Of a stretch of DNA of 64,000 nucleotides, positions 59,176 to 64,000 are shown one piece after another (positions within the stretch are counted from its first letter, which is position 1; each line of letters starts with the position of its first letter). Source of the stretch: a virus (lineage: Duplodnaviria; Heunggongvirae; Uroviricota; Caudoviricetes). A program made the translations under genes and the position numbers. Under the pieces are notes generated by a model that was not told the DNA's origin, did not search any database, and worked only from the letters and a program-made list of their open reading frames with translations. The stretch is taken from IMG/VR virus record IMGVR_UViG_3300045988_157791. One strand, given 5' to 3'.

Positions 59176-59448
59176 TCAGGCTCCTTTTGTTTCGTTGATT
59201 CGTTTTAAAGCGGCGGATTCATCGAATACAATCGCATCGTGGTTAAGGAGTCTGGATACACGAGCGAGGATTTTTACGACCTGCTCGCTGACTAATCCAA
59301 ACTCGCGATCTGTCGCTTTCATTCCGGCAGCGCCTAGAATTGACGGCAGTGCGATGACAGCGTACTCACCGTGATAAAAGACAATCTCTTTTGCCAGTTG
59401 GGCAGGGGTGGTTGTAGCGCCATTGATAATCGATTTAAGCATTAGCAA
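59176..59448 (-). CDS. small hypothetical protein
   Basis: 90 aa ORF between flap-endonuclease and RecA-like genes. Confidence 0.3.
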   Translation of the reverse strand: MLMLKSIINGATTTPAQLAKEIVFYHGEYAVIALPSILGAAGMKATDREFGLVSEQVVKILARVSRLLNHDAIVFDESAALKRINETKGA

Positions 59449-60437
59449 TACCTTTCGAATGGAAGAACAAACACTTCAAGGTCTTCAAGGAACGAACGGA
59501 AATTCAGCTCGTAGCACAGTTGCTCGAATGCTTTCACGTCACGATTGCCTTTGATTGTTTCGATTTCGGTAGGCGGAAACTTCGTCTCAATCAGGTTCAT
59601 TAGCGTGATGTTTCTCTTGAACGCTTCGAGCATTCGACAGCCTGTTTTCTCGTTGAAGGCATTCTTCGCTAGTTTGTTGAAGGCGGTCTTATGACGCCCT
59701 TTATTAACCACGATTGAGCCGTCGTTGATGCCGCGTACCATCGTTGCGACACTTCCCCATTCATGCAGCAGCTCTTTCGCACCGCCAGCACCAATGCCAC
59801 CAACACCGCTAATGTTGTCCGAGTTATCGCCTTGTAATGCTTTTGCTTCCAAAAATGCGCGAGGCGTGGCGAATCCTGTCAGCTCCGCAAATTGCTCAAA
59901 ATTAACCTGCTTGTTTTTGGCGTCTTCACGCAGGCTTACCCAGCTTACGTTTTCACGAACTAACTGAAGCCAGTCGCTATCGCCTGTTAACAGATAGATG
60001 TGTTCAACGGTTGGCTGCGGTGCCATGCGGGATACCAGCAGCCCGGCCAGATCATCCGCTTCTGCATCTTTTGCAATGAGTTGGGTAACTCCAAGCGCGG
60101 TCATCATTTTGAGGATGTATGGCTTCTGGATAGCAAAGCCTTCCTTCATCTTTTTCATATCAGGATCGTCGTCGCGATTTGCTTTGTAGTCCGGGTAAAA
60201 GTCGCGACGCTTGTCACTAAATCCATCCCAAAGAATCATAGGTCGGGCATGGAGGATGGAGGCATAACGACGGACGTTCTTAACAAAGCCGAAAGCAGCC
60301 TGTACTTCCATTTCGCCGTTGTGCAATTTGTCAGATTGTTGGTGGTAATAACCCAGGCTATTGCCATCTACGAAGAGATAATTCACCGGTACATTCCTTC
60401 CAAAAAGTAAGGCGTCCGTAGACGCCTTACTGGTCAC
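59442..60437 (-). CDS. 5'-3' exonuclease / flap endonuclease
   Basis: N-terminal LFVDGNSLGYY, central TGDSDWLQL, GDNSDNISGVGGIGAGGAKELL typical of Pol I-type 5' nuclease. Confidence 0.7.
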   Translation of the reverse strand: MTSKASTDALLFGRNVPVNYLFVDGNSLGYYHQQSDKLHNGEMEVQAAFGFVKNVRRYASILHARPMILWDGFSDKRRDFYPDYKANRDDDPDMKKMKEGFAIQKPYILKMMTALGVTQLIAKDAEADDLAGLLVSRMAPQPTVEHIYLLTGDSDWLQLVRENVSWVSLREDAKNKQVNFEQFAELTGFATPRAFLEAKALQGDNSDNISGVGGIGAGGAKELLHEWGSVATMVRGINDGSIVVNKGRHKTAFNKLAKNAFNEKTGCRMLEAFKRNITLMNLIETKFPPTEIETIKGNRDVKAFEQLCYELNFRSFLEDLEVFVLPFERYC

Positions 60438-60446
60438 GTAATGGGA

Positions 60447-61475
60447 TTACAGAGAGTCCAGCTCTCTCAGTAGGTCATCCAGACCTTCGTCTTCCGTCGC
60501 AGATGCGGCTGCTACAGATGTCGCTGCGACTGCTTCAGACTCTTTGACTGATACGGCAACGGCAGCGGAACTTGCTTCTGGTTTAAATTCAGTTTCAACG
60601 GCACGGAGGATTTCTTCATCAACCAGACTGGTTGGTTCAGAAGCTGGGGTGTGAGCGGTTGCTACAGCAGTCGCACCCTCCGTATGACCAGTGACAGAGC
60701 CAAATCCAGGTAGTGCCGCAGCCGATGTTTTCGCGGTTGAGGAAATTGCTGGTGCAGATGCTGCGGCAGTTGGTGCAGCGATGCCAATCAGACGACCCAT
60801 AGTGCGAACTGTCGACAGAAGACGAGTTTCATCAGCCTGATTTGCGTATGCGATCAGATCATGCTGGGTGTTCCAGAATTTATCTTCGATATCGCCTTTG
60901 TAGACTTTACGCTTAGGCGAGACGTCATATTTGGTATCGCGACCAGAGCCAGTACGTTTAATCAGGAATGCGTAGCCTTCCTCTTTGCTCAGTGGATTGC
61001 CGATATCATCAGCGATGTCTTCGGTGATTGCTTTGCAGATATCATCGAATACAGTAGACGGCAGCTCGATTAACTGGCATTTCTCAGCATCTGCGAAATC
61101 CTCACGAGCAGAAAGAATGCCGTTGACCAGGTAGCGAGGAGTGGCACGCATTTGACCGATGCGTTCTTCCATTGCTTTGTTACCCTTGTGACGAGCGCGA
61201 CCTTCCATAACCATTTCGCATAGCTGACAAGCGCGACCGTGAGTATGTTGCTCACAAATATAAGCGTTGGTTGCTTCTTTACCTTCCTCGTTCTGATACT
61301 TAACGTAGTGCATACCGAAAGTCTGGAAGAACTTACCGTTTGGGTCGTCTTTATTCGGGAAGATGCGGATATAGTTGACGCCGTCTTTTAAGCGAGTCAG
61401 ATCAACGTTGTTGCCACGTTTGGCGGCAATGTCTTCACGAGTTTTGTTAAGCAAATCAAGTAATGTCTTAGACAT
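60447..61475 (-). CDS. putative ssDNA-binding protein (gp32-like)
   Basis: Possible Zn site CEQHTHGRACQLC, Ala/Ser/Thr-rich linker, acidic tail DEGLDDLLRELDSL. Confidence 0.45.
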   Translation of the reverse strand: MSKTLLDLLNKTREDIAAKRGNNVDLTRLKDGVNYIRIFPNKDDPNGKFFQTFGMHYVKYQNEEGKEATNAYICEQHTHGRACQLCEMVMEGRARHKGNKAMEERIGQMRATPRYLVNGILSAREDFADAEKCQLIELPSTVFDDICKAITEDIADDIGNPLSKEEGYAFLIKRTGSGRDTKYDVSPKRKVYKGDIEDKFWNTQHDLIAYANQADETRLLSTVRTMGRLIGIAAPTAAASAPAISSTAKTSAAALPGFGSVTGHTEGATAVATAHTPASEPTSLVDEEILRAVETEFKPEASSAAVAVSVKESEAVAATSVAAASATEDEGLDDLLRELDSL

Positions 61476-61592
61476 GTGTTTCTCCTTGTTGTGATTTGGC
61501 CGATGGCGCTATGCGCGTTGGGCTTTCGTTCATTCGTGGCTCTTTCGAGCTGTTAAATGATAGATCAGTACTTACTTATTATCTATCAAAAA

Positions 61593-62024
61593 TCAACGGG
61601 GAGTAATAAAGCGTTCAGAGCCTAATCGCTCTAATTCAACGATGGCCATCTTTGACGCCTGAACGATCATGTCTCGGCGATGCGAAAAGGCGGCGACAGC
61701 ATGTTTGTATATGTCTGCGATGTGCCGTGCTTCATCCAACTTCTGCCGTTTAGACAGATACTGTGGGTTTGTTTTAACCTTAGCGTCCAGTACAGACTCG
61801 TTGAACTTAATGCCGTTCATACTCAAGTTCTTACGCTCTGTGTCGTATAGCTTTGCTTCAACAGCTTCAAGGTTAAGTTTTGCCTCTGCGACATCTCGAT
61901 CTGCCTGCGCTAGTTTTGACCCATACTCCATTAAAAGCCGTGGCTGTTTACGCCATACTTCCTCAAGGTTGTCGCGGTCGAACTCCAGATCGGCCATGAT
62001 TTTAGAAAAAATATCAGTGTTCAC
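61593..62024 (-). CDS. hypothetical protein
   Basis: 143 aa coiled-coil-like protein. Confidence 0.35.
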   Translation of the reverse strand: MNTDIFSKIMADLEFDRDNLEEVWRKQPRLLMEYGSKLAQADRDVAEAKLNLEAVEAKLYDTERKNLSMNGIKFNESVLDAKVKTNPQYLSKRQKLDEARHIADIYKHAVAAFSHRRDMIVQASKMAIVELERLGSERFITPR

Positions 62025-62232
62025 TCTAATAGGTTCCTACTTATAAAATCTGTATCAATTATATCAAACAGAGAACGGGTTTATGGCGTCATGTCAACTT
62101 TGTTCAGGGGAAAATATTGAGATCACCGAAGATAATTAGTTGTCTTATTTTGGTAAGCTGTGCTGACCATCTTTAGGTCACATACATGAGATGGATGGGG
62201 GTGTGGCATGAACGGATGAAATTCAGTCGCCG

Positions 62233-62261
62233 TTGACAGATGTCAACACTGTGAATAGAAT
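62233..62261 (+). promoter_or_regulatory. sigma70 promoter TTGACA-17 bp-TAGAAT with overlapping palindrome
   Basis: TTGACA 62233-62238, TAGAAT 62256-62261; TTGACAGATGTCAA dyad overlaps -35; GGAGG RBS before ATG 62279. Confidence 0.55.
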
Positions 62262-62278
62262 ACTATTATCGGAGGCGA

Positions 62279-62503
62279 ATGAAGCAACATCCGAATAAGC
62301 ATATTCAAGCAGCCATTGACTATGCATTAAGTAAAGGCTGGATCTGGGTAGCAGCTGGTGGTGCTGCACATTGTTTTTGCAGACTGCGATGCGGTAATCC
62401 AGAAGGTGAACACAAAACTCACCAAATGAGCGTATGGTCGACTCCGGGTAATCCCGAAAACCATGCCAAACAGATCAAACGAATGGTTGATCGTTGTAAA
62501 TGA
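62279..62503 (+). CDS. HicA-like toxin (tentative)
   Basis: 74 aa; LSKGWIWVAAGGAAHCF and trailing basic segment resemble HicA family pattern (..GW....GSHH.F.H). Confidence 0.4.
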   Translation: MKQHPNKHIQAAIDYALSKGWIWVAAGGAAHCFCRLRCGNPEGEHKTHQMSVWSTPGNPENHAKQIKRMVDRCK

Positions 62504-62527
62504 TTTCAAGGCGGCATTAGCCGCCTT

Positions 62528-63127
62528 TTGCAGAAACTGTCCAACTATCTTCAAAGGAAAACTATGGCGCTTTATAACTTCACTCTGACGCTCTCAGGCG
62601 TATCGTATGAGACGGAAGGACTGGAAGACGCGCTGTACCAAAACGGCTGTGACGATGCGCTAATTTGCGCATATGGAAACTCCGTCTATGTAGAATTTGA
62701 CCGCGAAGCACAATCACTTGATGCAGCTATCGCATCTGCGGTCGACAATATTGAATCAGCCGGTATCGGTGCAATTGTTGAATCCGTCGACTCGGCTCTT
62801 GTGGGCTTAAGCGATATCGCGGAACTGACAGACCTGTCTCGCCAGGCAGTGGCGTTGCTCAAAGACGGTAAGCGCGGAAGCGGCGACTTCCCTTGCCCTG
62901 TACAACGCATAAAAGGCCAGTCTCCTCTCTGGGATTGGGCTGATGTGGCTGAATGGCTCATGAATAACGGACGACTTAAAGAGGGCGATCAAATTGTCCA
63001 AAATGCCCGAACTTTGAGTAAATGGAATCTGGCGCTTCGAAACAGCGTCTCGAAAGATTTCAACGAAATAGAGCAAATTGCGGAGAAACTGATTAAACGC
63101 CGCAAAGATATTGCGAAATGCGCATAA
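62528..63127 (+). CDS. HicB-like antitoxin with C-terminal HTH (tentative; start may be 62564)
   Basis: HTH-like LSDIAELTDLSRQAVALLKDGKR; immediately downstream of HicA-like gene. Confidence 0.4.
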   Translation: MQKLSNYLQRKTMALYNFTLTLSGVSYETEGLEDALYQNGCDDALICAYGNSVYVEFDREAQSLDAAIASAVDNIESAGIGAIVESVDSALVGLSDIAELTDLSRQAVALLKDGKRGSGDFPCPVQRIKGQSPLWDWADVAEWLMNNGRLKEGDQIVQNARTLSKWNLALRNSVSKDFNEIEQIAEKLIKRRKDIAKCA

Positions 63128-63456
63128 TGATGCCCGCCAATTGGCGGGCATCTGTTCTCTGTAAAGGTGTCTGGCATCGTCTGGTTCGTTAACGTTTACT
63201 AAACCAATGGTGACAAAAATTAGTTATCTTTGAAAAATAAAGGTTGCATGAAAAGAAGGGGTATGCGTTAATAGCATCGTTGGTTTGCAAGACAGACCTT
63301 ATGTAAGCAGTTTTAGTAAAGCAGTCTCAGTTCAGTGTTATCTTCTGATTTCCCTTCTTCGTGAGTCTCCTCCTTAAGTGCCTAAGTAAGTCCCAATCTA
63401 TACAGATCAAATTCTCGCCGCACTATGTGGCTCACAAAATTAAGAAGGTAATATCT

Positions 63457-63672
63457 ATGTCTAATAAAATGACTGGTTTAGTAAAATGGTTTAACTCTGA
63501 TAAAGGCTTTGGCTTTATTTCTCCTGCTGATGGCAGTAAAGATGTTTTTGTACATTTTTCGGCAATTCAGAGTAATAATTTCCGCACTTTGGAAGAAGGC
63601 CAGCAGGTCGAATTCTCTATCGAGAATGGGGCTAAAGGCCCAGCAGCAGCAAATGTCGTTGCTCTAAGCTGA
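63457..63672 (+). CDS. CspA-family cold-shock protein
   Basis: [38 protein letters not shown] (RNP1/RNP2); ORF-track start 63361 rejected in favour of ATG 63457 with AAGAAGG RBS. Confidence 0.85.
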   Translation: MSNKMTGLVKWFNSDKGFGFISPADGSKDVFVHFSAIQSNNFRTLEEGQQVEFSIENGAKGPAAANVVALS

Positions 63673-63947
63673 TTCAACGCTGATGATCCTCATTTCTACA
63701 ATAACGAAGACGGTGTAAGCCTGAGTGGATAGATTTGCAGGATTGTACAAGTTGAATAAATTAGCATGGTAAGGCCATGCTAATTAAATCGACACAACGG
63801 CCAGTTTATTCCATAAAAGTGAATTGCCCATTGTGGCGAAATGCGGGGTTGCCGCATGAATAGTCAAAGGCAGAAGCTAACTGCCGGCATGGCAAAACAA
63901 AGTGCGTAAGAGGAGTGACTTCCTCAACAAGCGCCATAATTCTTTAT

Positions 63948-63976
63948 AAACCCGCCAACAGGCGGGTTTTCTTTAT
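63948..63976 (+). terminator. intrinsic terminator
   Basis: AAACCCGCCAACAGGCGGGTTT + TCTTTATT. Confidence 0.5.
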
Positions 63977-64000
63977 TACTTATTTATTGTCTCCGCGATA

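Noticed and set aside
1-64000. CRISPR array or integrase/attachment site
   Set aside because: No regularly spaced identical repeats with unique spacers and no tyrosine/serine recombinase-like ORF seen; iterons and repeat arrays are not CRISPR-like

Overview
This 64 kb window reads as a phage-like mobile element from an Enterobacteriaceae host, with a ~3.4 kb block of apparently chromosomal housekeeping DNA (metG and apbC/mrp) embedded in it. All calls are from reading the sequence and recalling protein families; no searches were run, so identities and motif copy numbers are approximate.

Layout, left to right:
- 1-7.2 kb, minus strand: a head-morphogenesis module (small and large terminase, portal, scaffold, capsid, Ig-like domain protein).
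- 7.4-12.2 kb: a tightly coupled operon (small DNA-binding protein, GNAT-like protein, ABC ATPase, two ParB-N-domain proteins) facing a divergent SF2 helicase.
- 12.2-22.8 kb: an accessory region of small self-contained genes with their own promoters and terminators, two CCGTTTCC-type direct-repeat arrays and an ~800 bp GT-skewed degenerate tandem-repeat tract.
- 22.8-26.2 kb: metG and apbC with native-looking terminators and none of the phage motifs.
- 26.2-62 kb, mostly minus strand: a DNA-metabolism module (UmuD'-like and Pol III theta-like proteins, two DNA methyltransferases, RNase HI, DnaQ-like exonuclease, DHFR, thymidylate synthase, NrdAB, RuvC-like resolvase, SbcCD, RecA-like, flap endonuclease, gp32-like SSB).
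- 53.1-55.4 kb: a complete P1/RepFIB-type plasmid replicon (GATC clusters, DnaA boxes, 21-bp-phased iterons, repA, downstream iteron array).
- 62.2-63.7 kb: a HicA/HicB-like pair and a CspA-family gene.

The most distinctive features are the plasmid replicon inside a phage gene set (suggesting a phage-plasmid), the host metG-apbC insert, the uncharacterised ParB-N/ABC-ATPase operon, and two families of recurrent intergenic motifs. No integrase, CRISPR array or convincing tRNA was found.
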